Part shown: in pieces, positions 14,731-25,849 of the stretch
Position numbering within the stretch: the first letter of the stretch is position 1
Layout of the letters: the number at the start of each line of letters is the position of its first letter
Assembly: GCF_003334255.1 (NCBI RefSeq)
Contig: NZ_QOWU01000002.1
Source of the DNA: Escherichia coli
Lineage (GTDB): Bacteria > Pseudomonadota > Gammaproteobacteria > Enterobacterales > Enterobacteriaceae
Reading direction: 5' to 3' (one strand)
DNA: 64,000 bases
The notes under the pieces: generated by a model
Told to the model about the DNA's origin: nothing
Seen by the model: the letters and a program-made list of their open reading frames with translations, nothing else
Databases searched by the model: none
Made by a program: the position numbers and the translations under genes

Positions 14731-14855
14731 CTATTCAGCAGGATAATGAATACAGAGGGGCGAATTATCTCTTGGCCTTGCTGGTCGTTATCCTGCAAGC
14801 TATCACTTTATTGGCTACGGTGATTGGTAGCCGTTCTGGTGGTTGTGATGGTGGT

Positions 14856-16040
14856 ATGAAAAAAGTCATTTTATCTTTGGCTCTGGGCACGTTTGGTTTG
14901 GGGATGGCCGAATTTGGCATTATGGGCGTGCTCACGGAGCTGGCGCATAACGTAGGAATTTCGATTCCTGCCGCCGGGCATATGATCTCGTATTATGCAC
15001 TGGGGGTGGTGGTCGGTGCGCCAATCATCGCACTCTTTTCCAGCCGCTACTCACTCAAACATATCTTGTTGTTTCTGGTGGCGTTGTGCGTCATTGGCAA
15101 CGCCATGTTCACGCTCTCTTCGTCTTACCTGATGCTCGCCATTGGTCGGCTGGTATCCGGCTTTCCGCATGGCGCATTTTTTGGCGTCGGAGCGATCGTG
15201 TTATCAAAAATTATCAAACCCGGAAAAGTCACCGCCGCCGTGGCGGGGATGGTTTCCGGGATGACAGTCGCCAATTTGCTGGGCATTCCGCTGGGAACGT
15301 ATTTAAGTCAGGAATTTAGCTGGCGTTACACCTTTTTATTGATCGCTGTTTTTAATATTGCGGTGATGGCATCGGTCTATTTTTGGGTGCCAGATATTCG
15401 CGACGAGGCGAAAGGAAATCTGCGCGAACAATTTCACTTTTTGCGCAGCCCGGCCCCGTGGTTAATTTTCGCCGCCACGATGTTTGGCAACGCAGGTGTG
15501 TTTGCCTGGTTCAGCTACGTAAAGCCATACATGATGTTTATTTCCGGTTTTTCGGAAACGGCGATGACCTTTATTATGATGTTAGTTGGGCTAGGGATGG
15601 TGCTGGGAAATATGCTAAGTGGCAGGATTTCAGGACGTTATTCACCACTGCGCATTGCAGCAGTGACTGACTTTATAATTGTACTGGCACTGCTGATGCT
15701 CTTTTTCTGCGGCGGCATGAAAACAACGTCGCTTATTTTTGCTTTTATTTGTTGCGCGGGATTATTTGCCCTTTCAGCACCGCTACAAATATTGTTACTA
15801 CAAAACGCCAAAGGCGGAGAGTTATTAGGTGCCGCAGGTGGGCAAATAGCGTTTAACCTCGGTAGCGCCGTCGGCGCATATTGCGGAGGTATGATGCTGA
15901 CGCTGGGGCTGGCATATAATTACGTGGCGCTGCCTGCCGCCCTGCTTTCGTTTGCTGCGATGTCGTCGTTGCTGCTGTATGGTCGCTATAAGCGCCAGCA
16001 AGCGGCGGATACTCCGGTGCTGGCGAAACCACTGGGGTAG
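14856..16040 (+). CDS. araJ: MFS transporter AraJ
   Basis: Track ORF is TTG-extended; ATG at 14856 gives 394 aa, MKKVILSLALGTFGLGMAEFGIMGVL; 12-TM MFS-like. Confidence 0.88.
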   Translation: MKKVILSLALGTFGLGMAEFGIMGVLTELAHNVGISIPAAGHMISYYALGVVVGAPIIALFSSRYSLKHILLFLVALCVIGNAMFTLSSSYLMLAIGRLVSGFPHGAFFGVGAIVLSKIIKPGKVTAAVAGMVSGMTVANLLGIPLGTYLSQEFSWRYTFLLIAVFNIAVMASVYFWVPDIRDEAKGNLREQFHFLRSPAPWLIFAATMFGNAGVFAWFSYVKPYMMFISGFSETAMTFIMMLVGLGMVLGNMLSGRISGRYSPLRIAAVTDFIIVLALLMLFFCGGMKTTSLIFAFICCAGLFALSAPLQILLLQNAKGGELLGAAGGQIAFNLGSAVGAYCGGMMLTLGLAYNYVALPAALLSFAAMSSLLLYGRYKRQQAADTPVLAKPLG

Positions 16041-16068
16041 GTTATAGTCTCGGTGCTCATTACTTATT

Positions 16069-16160
16069 GCCGGATGCGGCGTGAACGCCTTATCCGCCCT
16101 ACGCGGTTCTGGCACATTTTGCAGGCCTGATAAGACGCGGCAAGCGTCGCATCAGGCATG
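16069..16160. repeat. REP pair (BIME-like) between convergent araJ and mak
   Basis: GCCGGATGCGGCGTGAACGCCTTATCCGCCCTAC and inverted GCCTGATAAGACGCGGCAAGCGTCGCATCAGGC, matching the REP consensus. Confidence 0.75.
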
Positions 16161-16182
16161 ATGCGCCAATTGCCTACGTTTT

Positions 16183-17091
16183 TTACTCTTGTGGCCATAA
16201 CCACGCAGCGCCGCGTACGCCGCTGGAATCACCGTGCTTCGCCTTACGCACCGGCGTTTCACATTCGCCGCCGAAGACAAATTGTTTAATCAACTGCCCA
16301 ACCGTTTGATATAAACGGTCTACATTGCTCATCCCGCCCCCCAGGACAATCACATCCGGATCGAGAATATTCACGACATGTGCCAGCGATTTTGCCAGCC
16401 GCAGCTCGTAGCGACGCAATGCCAGTTCCGCTACCGGATCGCTTTCTTCAACCAGGCGGATAATTTCACTGCCTTTCAGCGCATGTCCGCTCAAACGACG
16501 ATAATCCATCGCGAATCCCGTGCCCGAAATAAAGGTTTCAATACAACCTTGTTTACCGCAATAACAAGGGACTTCCTCGCGATAACGCAGTTCGTCTTCG
16601 TCCATCCACGGTAGCGGATTGTGTCCCCACTCACCTGCCGTGCCATTGCCGCCGATATGCGCCCGCCCATTGAATGCCACGCCCGCGCCGCATCCCGTGC
16701 CGATAATCACGGCAAATACCGTCTGCGCTCCCGCTGCCGCGCCATCTACTGCTTCTGAAACCGCCAGACAGTTAGCGTCATTTGCCAGCCGCACTTCCCG
16801 CTGCAACCTCGCGCTTAAGTCTTTATCGAATGGCTGACCGTTGAGCCAGGTTGAATTGGCATTCTTCACCACACCGGTGTAAGGCGAAATTGAGCCAGGA
16901 ATGCCCATACCTACCGTTCCGCGCTGCCCCGTCGCCTGCTCCGCCATATCAACCAACGTGGCGATCGTTTCAATAGTCTGCCGGTAATCATCACGCGGCG
17001 TGGGCAGACGATGGCGGTACAACTGCTCCCCTGCATCGCCCAGTGCAATCACTTCAGTTTTGGTGCCGCCTAAATCGATACCTATACGCAC
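16183..17091 (-). CDS. mak: Manno(fructo)kinase, ROK family
   Basis: GTG start at 17091 with AAGGAGA SD gives 302 aa, [21 protein letters not shown]; ROK signature; the track ORF is an upstream extension. Confidence 0.88.
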
Positions 17092-17215
17092 GGTACTCTC
17101 CTTATTTTTTTCAATATCAATAGCGTAGAGACGGACAACCGGATTGGCAATGCAAGGCCGCCGACAATTCGTTATCATGCCCGCTAAATTTAACGACAAG
17201 GCCGTGGAAATTATC

Positions 17216-18127
17216 ATGCTGTGGTTCAAAAATTTAATGGTTTACCGTCTTAGCCGCGAGATTTCGCTGCGTGCAGAAGAGATGGAAAAACAGCTAGCCT
17301 CGATGGCATTTACCCCATGCGGCAGCCAGGACATGGCGAAGATGGGCTGGGTTCCTCCGATGGGATCGCACAGCGATGCGTTAACGCACGTTGCCAATGG
17401 TCAAATTGTTATCTGCGCGCGCAAAGAAGAAAAAATCCTCCCGTCTCCGGTGATTAAACAGGCGCTGGAAGCGAAAATCGCCAAACTGGAAGCGGAACAG
17501 GCGCGTAAGCTGAAGAAAACCGAAAAAGATTCGCTGAAAGACGAAGTGCTGCACTCTCTGCTGCCGCGTGCTTTCAGCCGTTTTAGCCAGACAATGATGT
17601 GGATCGACACGGTTAACGGTTTGATTATGGTGGACTGCGCCAGTGCCAAAAAAGCGGAAGATACGCTGGCATTACTGCGTAAAAGCCTGGGGTCGTTACC
17701 GGTTGTACCATTGAGCATGGAAAACCCGATTGAACTGACGCTGACCGAATGGGTTCGCTCCGGTAGTGCGGCACAGGGCTTCCAGCTGCTTGATGAAGCC
17801 GAGCTGAAATCGTTGCTGGAAGATGGCGGCGTGATCCGCGCGAAGAAACAAGATCTGACCAGCGAAGAGATCACCAATCACATTGAAGCCGGAAAAGTGG
17901 TGACTAAACTGGCGCTCGACTGGCAGCAGCGCATTCAGTTTGTGATGTGCGACGATGGTTCGCTCAAGCGTCTGAAGTTCTGCGACGAGCTGCGCGATCA
18001 AAACGAAGATATCGACCGTGAAGATTTCGCCCAGCGTTTTGATGCCGATTTCATCCTGATGACTGGTGAACTGGCAGCGTTAATTCAAAACCTGATTGAA
18101 GGATTAGGTGGCGAAGCACAACGTTAA
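17216..18127 (+). CDS. rdgC: Recombination-associated protein RdgC
   Basis: In-frame ATG at 17216 gives 303 aa, [27 protein letters not shown]. Confidence 0.92.
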
Positions 18128-18146
18128 TTGCTGATTTTCCTTTAAT

Positions 18147-18184
18147 GCCGGATGCGACGCCTGCCGCGTCTTATCCGGCGTACG
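18147..18184. repeat. REP element downstream of rdgC
   Basis: GCCGGATGCGACGCCTGCCGCGTCTTATCCGGCGTAC, an imperfect palindrome matching REP. Confidence 0.65.
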
Positions 18185-18284
18185 AAGCCACACCAGGCAT
18201 ATAATTATTCGCTACGGCGAGCAATAATTTTTAGCGCAGCAATATTATGCGTTTTACGCTGTAACTTGCTCCATGGACGTTGTG

Positions 18285-18566
18285 TCATTGTTTTTCCTCA
18301 AGCCGGTGACGCGCTTCACTGCGAATTTTCCGCGTTGCCCCGGTTTTCACTAAATCACGTAACAGCGAAAGATCGGGTTGTTCGACAAATAAGAGTAATG
18401 ATGGATCCTCTTTTAACCACGCCGTTTTCACATCGGCAGCCAGCTGTGGATTATTAATAGCCAGCGACCGATCCTGAGGCTCAGTCAATGTCGTTAACAA
18501 CAACGCCGGGGTATGTGCGTTGCGCAATGCCGTTTGGCGTAAATGATCATTGCGACTTTGCAGCAA
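18285..18566 (-). CDS. Hypothetical small protein, possibly the positional equivalent of ykiA; start uncertain
   Basis: 93-aa ORF, MLQSRNDHLRQTALRNAHTPALLL, that begins with TTG; no ATG or clear SD; may be non-coding. Confidence 0.3.
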   Translation of the reverse strand: MLQSRNDHLRQTALRNAHTPALLLTTLTEPQDRSLAINNPQLAADVKTAWLKEDPSLLLFVEQPDLSLLRDLVKTGATRKIRSEARHRLEEKQ

Positions 18567-18773
18567 TGCACGCCACCATTCATCATCTGATTTATCTTTT
18601 ATCGTAGCCAGTTCCGCAACAATATCTGGAGATCTTCACTGATATTTATATCAACCTTGATAAATTATGAATATATCGGAAATTGAAAAAATCGCAGCAA
18701 AGGAAATATTATTATGGGCTAAAGAAAGGATATTTCAGAAAAATGCCCTCCCGTTCAAGGGGAAGGCGAGGAA

Positions 18774-19058
18774 TTACAGATAGCGGCACAGATAAGAGGT
18801 GGGTTCGGCAACTTGCAGATGAAACTCACTGTGACCGGGAACATTAAACACCGAACCGGCTTCATACACCTGCCAGTCGGTCGCGTCAGGCAGTAACACA
18901 TTCAGCGCGCCACTGATTACCGTCATCTCTTCCGGCTCAGCGGTGCTGAAGGTGTATTCGCCTTCAACCATAACACCCACGCTGGCGCGACCAGTGCTGC
19001 TGCTGGAAAAGCCGATTGATTTCACTTTGCCGGAAAAGTACTCATTACTTTGAAGCAT
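18774..19058 (-). CDS. ppnP: Pyrimidine/purine nucleoside phosphorylase PpnP (YaiE, cupin fold)
   Basis: 94-aa [40 protein letters not shown]. Confidence 0.9.
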
Positions 19059-19129
19059 AAACTGGCCCTGTTTGGTAGTTGAACATCTACTTCACTATAG
19101 GGGCCAGAGGCGCTGGCTGTCACGCAAAA

Positions 19130-19807
19130 TTACACCAGTAATTCCGCAGCCAGCCGTGCAATCAATACGTTAGACAGCAAGACAGGAACATCGAGCTGTT
19201 TTTGCAGTAAATCGCGATGACGTTGGTGAAATCCTAAACAATCCAGCATGATGACATCAGCCCCTTTTGCCAGTAATTCTTTCCCGGCATCAATGATTTT
19301 TTGTTCTGAATCATGAATGGGGTTACCCAATGAAAATACCGGCGATTTCTGCAAAATTTGCCATTTTTGCGCCTGAACGGGCAGCATCTCCTCAACCGGA
19401 ACGATAACCCCCACCTGATGATCTTCAACAATAGAGGAAACCAGTGGAGGCAATATTCGCGACGGCTCAAGAAAGATCGTATTACGCGCAGTCATACTAC
19501 TAATGTTTGCTGTACTCATTAATAAAATGACGTCATAACCCTGATTATCGAGCACTTCAACCACACCTTGCAGGTCACGCTCCACTTTGCGACGCGAAAC
19601 ATGGGCCAGCTGGTTGTCATTTAATAATGTGAGAATGGTGTCTTCGCCTGCTTCTGGCGCGTACTCCGCCATCACTTCTTCACGACTTAACTTCCCCAGC
19701 AGGCTATGATGGGAAATATTATCTTCGTCAATGTATTCCGTCAGGAGCGGCAAAACTTCCTGCATAGGTACAATGCCGATGGTCAGGATCGCCAACGACG
19801 CACTCAT
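19130..19807 (-). CDS. aroM: AroM family protein (function unknown; part of aroL-yaiA-aroM)
   Basis: 225-aa [30 protein letters not shown]. Confidence 0.88.
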
Positions 19808-20064
19808 TGTTCATCCACCTTACTTTTCTTTCGTCGTTAATTACCGGGCAAGTGTGAAGCACCACTGCTGACACTTACTTGTGCTACAAATGACAAAAAG
19901 CGTAGCAGCAGACGTGCACGGCATAATGTAAAGATTCCAAATGATTCCAGTAATGGATTGTTATTGTTTAATATTCTAATTATTAGAAAAACATGAATTA
20001 TGAAAAATGTGACGCAGATCCCTTGTAGTGGCACTCAGAATCCCTTCCGAGCAGTCTGATGCGG

Positions 20065-20265
<201 letters not shown>

Positions 20266-20305
20266 TTATTTCACGGGATGAACGTTAAGTATAGGCGCTC
20301 GAAAA

Positions 20306-20830
20306 TCAACAATTGATCGTCTGTGCCAGGGCGCTGCGAATTTCAGAAATCACCTGGCTGGGTTCGTTTGTTGCGTCGATGATAATATGCGCAACTTCGC
20401 GATATAGCGCATCGCGTTCTTCCAGCACTTCCTGAACTTCTTCGCTCAGCGGTTTTCCCGTTAAGGTTGGCCGTAAATCTTCTTCCGGTGCAGCTTGCAG
20501 TCGGTTAACCAGGACTGATACTGGCGCACACAAATAAACCACGATCCCGTTATTTTGCATGAAGTGACGATTAAATTCCGTCAGAATAATGCCGCCGCCT
20601 GTAGCGATAACGGTGGATGGCGCAGTTACCGCTTCCAGCGCCGCCGTTTCTCTGGCGCGAAATCCCGCCCACTCTTCCCTTTCGACGATCTCCGCGACCG
20701 TCATATTGAGCTGTGATTGCAACCACTGATCGGTATCGACAAACCGACGGTTAAGCGAATCGGCAAGGGCCATTCCGACCGTTGTTTTACCACAGCCCCG
20801 AGGCCCGATCAGAAAAAGAGGTTGTGTCAT
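20306..20830 (-). CDS. aroL: Shikimate kinase II
   Basis: 174-aa [29 protein letters not shown] (Walker A). Confidence 0.95.
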
Positions 20831-20904
20831 CGTGGGTTTTCCCCAATAGGTCGCAATGCGGCGAAAGCCGGTGTCATGGGAATAGCGATCATACCATCAA
20901 ACTA

Positions 20905-21011
20905 GTACAATTTCTATTGTAAAGAAAAAATTCCACTTAAAGTGAAAATCTCAATACACCCCTTACTATACCAATAAATATTCAAGAATGAAGTGTAAAT
21001 AATAAATTACA
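20905..21011 (-). promoter_or_regulatory. aroL regulatory region with candidate TyrR boxes
   Basis: TGTAAATAATAAATTACA (20994-21011) matches TGTAAA-N6-TTTACA at 11/12; weaker TGTAAAGAAAAAATTCCA at 20918-20935; palindrome CACTTAAAGTG nearby. Confidence 0.4.
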
Positions 21012-21012
21012 T

Positions 21013-21471
21013 TTAGCCACGACTACGTTGCACTTCCAGCCACCACTTCTCCAGCTCCGCGGCAAAGGCCTGGCGGTCACGTTGTGAAAGGCTATCTGGT
21101 CCGCCGGTCTGGATCCCACTGGCACGTAAGGTATCCATAAAATCGCGCATCGTCAGGCGCTCACGAATGGTCGCTGGCGTGTAACGTTCGCCGCGCGGAT
21201 TAAGCGCCGCAGCGCCTTTCTCGATGGCTTCAGCAGCCAAAGGTATATCTGCGGTGATCACCAAATCGCCCGCTTCACACTGCCGGACAATTTCGTTATC
21301 GGCAACGTCGAAACCTGCCGCGACGCGCAGCGTACGAATAAATCGCGATGGCGGCACGCGTAAACTCTGGTTTGCTACCAGTACCAGCGGCATCTGCATA
21401 CGTTCCGCCGCGCGATACAAAATCTCTTTAATTACATTGGGACACGCGTCGGCATCCACCCAAATTGTCAT
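21013..21471 (-). CDS. yaiI: UPF0178 family protein YaiI
   Basis: ATG at 21471 gives 152 aa, [26 protein letters not shown]; the track ORF is an N-terminal extension overlapping proC. Confidence 0.85.
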   Translation of the reverse strand: MTIWVDADACPNVIKEILYRAAERMQMPLVLVANQSLRVPPSRFIRTLRVAAGFDVADNEIVRQCEAGDLVITADIPLAAEAIEKGAAALNPRGERYTPATIRERLTMRDFMDTLRASGIQTGGPDSLSQRDRQAFAAELEKWWLEVQRSRG

Positions 21472-21590
21472 AAAGTCATCCTTTGTTGGGTAATCCTCTA
21501 TTGTGTCGCGCTTTTGCCTTCCGGCATAGTTCTGTTTATGCTTCTGCCAGCGATTATCAAAACAATGAATTTCACGGCAGGAGTGAGGCA

Positions 21591-22400
21591 ATGGAAAAGA
21601 AAATCGGTTTTATTGGCTGCGGCAATATGGGAAAAGCCATTCTCGGCGGTCTGATTGCCAGCGGTCAGGTGCTTCCAGGGCAAATCTGGGTATACACCCC
21701 CTCCCCGGATAAAGTCGCCGCCCTGCATGACCAGTTCGGCATCAACGCCGCAGAATCGGCGCAAGAAGTGGCGCAAATCGCCGACATCATTTTTGCTGCC
21801 GTTAAACCTGGCATCATGATTAAAGTGCTTAGCGAAATCACCTCCAGCCTGAATAAAGACTCTCTGGTCGTTTCTATTGCTGCAGGTGTCACGCTCGACC
21901 AGCTTGCCCGCGCGCTGGGCCATGACCGGAAAATTATCCGCGCCATGCCGAACACTCCCGCACTGGTTAATGCCGGGATGACCTCCGTAACGCCAAACGC
22001 GCTGGTAACCCCAGAAGATACCGCTGATGTGCTGAATATTTTCCGCTGCTTTGGCGAAGCGGAAGTAATTGCTGAGCCGATGATCCACCCGGTGGTCGGT
22101 GTGAGCGGTTCTTCGCCAGCCTACGTATTTATGTTTATCGAAGCGATGGCCGACGCCGCCGTGCTGGGCGGGATGCCACGCGCCCAGGCGTATAAATTTG
22201 CCGCTCAGGCGGTAATGGGTTCCGCAAAAATGGTGCTGGAAACGGGAGAACATCCGGGGGCACTGAAAGATATGGTCTGCTCACCGGGAGGCACCACCAT
22301 TGAAGCGGTACGCGTACTGGAAGAGAAAGGCTTCCGTGCTGCAGTGATCGAAGCGATGACGAAGTGTATGGAAAAATCAGAAAAACTCAGCAAATCCTGA
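21591..22400 (+). CDS. proC: Pyrroline-5-carboxylate reductase
   Basis: ATG at 21591 gives 269 aa, [26 protein letters not shown] (NADP-binding GxGxxG). Confidence 0.95.
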   Translation: MEKKIGFIGCGNMGKAILGGLIASGQVLPGQIWVYTPSPDKVAALHDQFGINAAESAQEVAQIADIIFAAVKPGIMIKVLSEITSSLNKDSLVVSIAAGVTLDQLARALGHDRKIIRAMPNTPALVNAGMTSVTPNALVTPEDTADVLNIFRCFGEAEVIAEPMIHPVVGVSGSSPAYVFMFIEAMADAAVLGGMPRAQAYKFAAQAVMGSAKMVLETGEHPGALKDMVCSPGGTTIEAVRVLEEKGFRAAVIEAMTKCMEKSEKLSKS

Positions 22401-22416
22401 TGACTTTCGCCGGACG

Positions 22417-23532
22417 TCAGGCCGCCACTTCGGTGCGGTTACGTCCGGCTTTCTTTGCTTTGTAAAGCGCCAAATCTGCCGATTTCAACCACTCACGATA
22501 GTGACTCATTTGTGGGTTCAGCGGCGCAACCCCCACACTAATCCGTAAAGTTACCTGTGGCGTATTCGGCAAACGTAATGTATTTAGCCCTTCATGCACC
22601 CGTAACATGGCGGTAATGGCGCTCTCAGCTGGCGTACCGGACATGATTACTGCAAACTCATCGCCGCCAAACCGACCAATCACATCGCTACCGCGCAGGG
22701 TAATTTGTAACTGTCGGGTAAGCGCCACAATCGCTTCATCGCCCACATCATGGCCCCAGGTATCGTTGATGCTCTTGAAATGGTCGATATCGATAATCAG
22801 TAACGTTGCATCGCGATTATGCCGCCGACAGTTATCAAATTCATTGCGTAACATAGTTTCCCAATGACGTCGGTTATACACGCCCGTCATGCCGTCGCGG
22901 GTACTCATGACCTGCAACCTGCGTTTATGTTCCGCCAGTTTGGTTGCCGTCTGGTAGCTGACCCAGCCAAACAGCAGAGGATAAATGACAATAATGGGAA
23001 GGGAGAGCCACCATTCCAGCGGCGCACTATTGAACGACACGGTAATGCCCGTCAGCTCGAGGGTGACAAGGCAGGAAACCACCATCAACACCAGACCCGC
23101 GACAAACAGACGGGGGCCGCCTGCCCCCATCAAATTCAGACACATAATCATCAACATCGCGGTGGAAGGCAGCACGTTTACGCCCATTACGCCTACCCAC
23201 ATTCCCGCTAATACTGCATCGGTTTTTAAGTTGTAAATTTCCCGGCTAAGCGGATCGACGGCCCTGCTCGCTATCTGCCAGGCTAAATGCGGCCAGACGA
23301 ACGCCCAGCCGACCAACACCAGCCACCACCAGCCCGGCGGCGGGTGTGAAACCAGCGTTGAAGCAATCGGTAAGAACATGCCAGCCAGGCCAACCGCACG
23401 GGGTAGTCTGACGCGACGGGCGAAGCGCAGCCCGGACCGCTGATGTTCGTTTTGAGGAGTTAAAGGAGGTTCCTCCCCGTGCGCCGCCGCTTTTTTGAAA
23501 AAGTTTTCATCATTCATTATTTTTGGGAACAT
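22417..23532 (-). CDS. dgcC: Diguanylate cyclase DgcC (AdrA/YaiC); MASE2 membrane domain plus GGDEF
   Basis: 371-aa ORF with N-terminal TM helices and C-terminal GGDEF motif (RFGGDEFAVI). Confidence 0.92.
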   Translation of the reverse strand: MFPKIMNDENFFKKAAAHGEEPPLTPQNEHQRSGLRFARRVRLPRAVGLAGMFLPIASTLVSHPPPGWWWLVLVGWAFVWPHLAWQIASRAVDPLSREIYNLKTDAVLAGMWVGVMGVNVLPSTAMLMIMCLNLMGAGGPRLFVAGLVLMVVSCLVTLELTGITVSFNSAPLEWWLSLPIIVIYPLLFGWVSYQTATKLAEHKRRLQVMSTRDGMTGVYNRRHWETMLRNEFDNCRRHNRDATLLIIDIDHFKSINDTWGHDVGDEAIVALTRQLQITLRGSDVIGRFGGDEFAVIMSGTPAESAITAMLRVHEGLNTLRLPNTPQVTLRISVGVAPLNPQMSHYREWLKSADLALYKAKKAGRNRTEVAA

Positions 23533-23633
23533 TCAGAAACAATTTTCCCAAATTATAGAGACGGAGCTAAAGGCAGAAGTATGATATTTCGGGTGAGCCA
23601 TTTTCGTAGCTCACCCGTTAGCACTATCAGGTA

Positions 23634-23954
23634 TCAGGCGGCTTTCTTGAGGCAGGCACTCATAAACTTATTACGATCATCACCTTTCAGAGATTGTTGT
23701 GTTGCTTGATTATTGCATTCGCGCATCTTTTGCTGCTGTGGCGTCAAACTTTTTTCGCCAGGCGCAGACTTGCTGTTCTTCAGGCAATCACTCATGTAGG
23801 TCTTACGAGCATCCCCTTTCAACGCCTGCGCCGTCGCCTGCTGATTACAGGAGGTCATACGCTGTTGTTGTGGGGTTAAAGTTCTCTCGGCAGCGCCGAC
23901 GGTGGTTAAAAAAACCAGACCGAAAAGCAAGGTAACCAGTAATGTTATTTTCAT
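23634..23954 (-). CDS. psiF: Phosphate starvation-inducible secreted protein PsiF
   Basis: 106 aa from ATG 23954, MKITLLVTLLFGLVFLTTVGAAE (signal peptide); contains an internal ~35-aa tandem duplication. Confidence 0.88.
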   Translation of the reverse strand: MKITLLVTLLFGLVFLTTVGAAERTLTPQQQRMTSCNQQATAQALKGDARKTYMSDCLKNSKSAPGEKSLTPQQQKMRECNNQATQQSLKGDDRNKFMSACLKKAA

Positions 23955-24028
23955 AGCACCATCCCTCTTCATGTTTTAACCATGAGCGTATGCGCCCGTG
24001 ATCTGCCATTAAGTCTGGTTGCTAACAG

Positions 24029-24065
24029 CAAAAAAACCACCCGGCAGCGAAAATTCACTGCCGGG
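24029..24065 (-). terminator. Rho-independent terminator/attenuator between phoA and psiF
   Basis: Minus strand CCCGGCAG-N10-CTGCCGGG hairpin followed by TGGTTTTTTT, directly after the phoA stop. Confidence 0.6.
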
Positions 24066-24072
24066 CGCGGTT

Positions 24073-25488
24073 TTATTTCAGCCCCAGAGCGGCTTTCATG
24101 GTGTAGAAGAGATCGGTCTGGTCGGTCAGTCCAACAACATTGGCGGCATGCGGGCCATACGCCGCAATACGCAACTGACTGCCGGTATGTTCTTGTGAAT
24201 CCTCTTCGGAGTTCCCGTAACTCATCACCATCACTGCGCCATCTTTGGTATTTAGCGCCTGGGTGAGGCCCGGAGCTTTGGTATCCGGCGCAACAATCTG
24301 GCTGGCGTGGGCGTGATCAGCGGTGACTATGACCAGCGTGTTACCCTCCTTTTTAGCGAATTCCAGCGCCCGTTGTACGGCTTCATCGAGATCGACCGTC
24401 TCGCCAATTTGCCCACAAGGATTCGCAGCATGATCCTGTTTATCGATTGACGCACCTTCAACTTGCAGGAAAAAGCCTTTCTCATTTTTACTCAACAATT
24501 CAATGGCTTTGTCGGTCATCTGCGCCAGGGTTGGTACACTGTCATTACGTTGCGGATTTGGCGTACAGGTGACTGCGGGCTTATCGATATTGCCATGGTA
24601 CGTTGCTTTCGGTCCTAGCCAGCGCACTGGCATATTGCCGTCAGCAAACAGGCCAAGCAGGGGTTTTTGCTGATTCGCTTCCGTCACCGAATTCAGTGAG
24701 GCAGCATCGCTCACCAACTGATAACCACGCGCCTGTGCCTGTTCACGCAGCGTTTTTCCCTGCCATTCACCAGCGGTTGCCGTTTCAGCAAAGGTTTTTG
24801 CGCCGCCGCCAAGCGTAACGTCGGCACGAGCGTTAAGCAGCTGTTCGGTAATCGATCCTTTTCCGCCTTTTTCCAGAGCGTTACCCGGACATTTTTCACT
24901 GGTCGCGCTCGGACCGTAGCATTTGCGCGAGGTCACATGTGCCACCAGCGCAGCGGGCGTGGCATCCTGCAACTCTGCGGTAGAAACGTTACCGGTCGCC
25001 AGACCTGCGGCTTTTGCCATTTCCAGAATCGTTGGGTGATCTTTTTCGTGAATATCGACGCCCAGCGCGCCGTTATAGGTTTTGACACCGGTTGACCAGG
25101 CGGTTGCTGATGCAGCCGAGTCGGTGACGTAGTCCGGTTTGCCGGTTTTTTTATTCAGCGCATAGTGAGTGTATTGCCCGGTAAGCGGTAAGGCATCTAT
25201 ACCTTTAAAAAAGCCGCCCGCACCTTCGGCATAATTACGTGCGGCAGTAATTTCCGAGTCCCCCATCCCATCGCCAATCAGCAAAATAATATTTTTTGCA
25301 GGTTTATCGCTAAGAGAATCACGCAGAGCGGCAGTCTGATCACCCGTTAAACGGCGAGCACCGCCGGGTGCAGTAATATCGCCCTGAGCAGCCCGGTTTT
25401 CCAGAACAGGCATTTCTGGTGTCCGGGCTTTTGTCACAGGGGTAAACAGTAACGGTAAGAGTGCCAGTGCAATAGTGCTTTGTTTCAC
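24073..25488 (-). CDS. phoA: Alkaline phosphatase
   Basis: GTG start at 25488 with GGAGAAAATAAA upstream gives 471 aa, [36 protein letters not shown]; the track ORF is an upstream extension. Confidence 0.96.
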   Translation of the reverse strand: MKQSTIALALLPLLFTPVTKARTPEMPVLENRAAQGDITAPGGARRLTGDQTAALRDSLSDKPAKNIILLIGDGMGDSEITAARNYAEGAGGFFKGIDALPLTGQYTHYALNKKTGKPDYVTDSAASATAWSTGVKTYNGALGVDIHEKDHPTILEMAKAAGLATGNVSTAELQDATPAALVAHVTSRKCYGPSATSEKCPGNALEKGGKGSITEQLLNARADVTLGGGAKTFAETATAGEWQGKTLREQAQARGYQLVSDAASLNSVTEANQQKPLLGLFADGNMPVRWLGPKATYHGNIDKPAVTCTPNPQRNDSVPTLAQMTDKAIELLSKNEKGFFLQVEGASIDKQDHAANPCGQIGETVDLDEAVQRALEFAKKEGNTLVIVTADHAHASQIVAPDTKAPGLTQALNTKDGAVMVMSYGNSEEDSQEHTGSQLRIAAYGPHAANVVGLTDQTDLFYTMKAALGLK

Positions 25489-25550
25489 TTTATTTTCTCC
25501 ATGTACAAATACATTAAAAAATAAAAACAAAGCGACTATAAGTCTCGGCC

Positions 25551-25568
25551 GTGACAACTTTATGACAG
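25551..25568 (-). promoter_or_regulatory. phoA Pho box and promoter
   Basis: Minus strand reads CTGTCATAAAGTTGTCAC followed by GGCCGAGACTTATAGTCGCTTTG (-10 TATAGT); canonical Pho box sequence. Confidence 0.8.
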
Positions 25569-25588
25569 CTGTTGAAAAGATTAACTTT

Positions 25589-25849
25589 TTACTGACGAGG
25601 ATGCTTCAATAACTTCTTTACGTAATCGCGCAGCAGCTCCGTATCGTCGTCAGGAATGCTGGCATCGGGCTTTACCTCGTACAGCGCCCCCTCTACCTGA
25701 TCAATCAACCGCTGTTGGTCATTTTGCGCCATATTGCGAAGCATTGCAGTGACGATAATCTCCAAAGCTTCTACCTGCGCACACAGTTCTTTCGACTCTT
25801 CTTCTTTTTGGGCAAGCTTAAATAACAACTCAGCAATGAGATTTTTCAT
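25589..25849 (-). CDS. iraP: Anti-adaptor protein IraP (RpoS stabiliser)
   Basis: 86-aa [42 protein letters not shown]. Confidence 0.9.

Noticed and set aside
23591-23616. Hairpin GGGTGAGC...GCTCACCC downstream of psiF as a terminator
   Set aside because: It is a perfect 8-bp stem but has no adjacent T-run on either strand, so it was not called as an intrinsic terminator.
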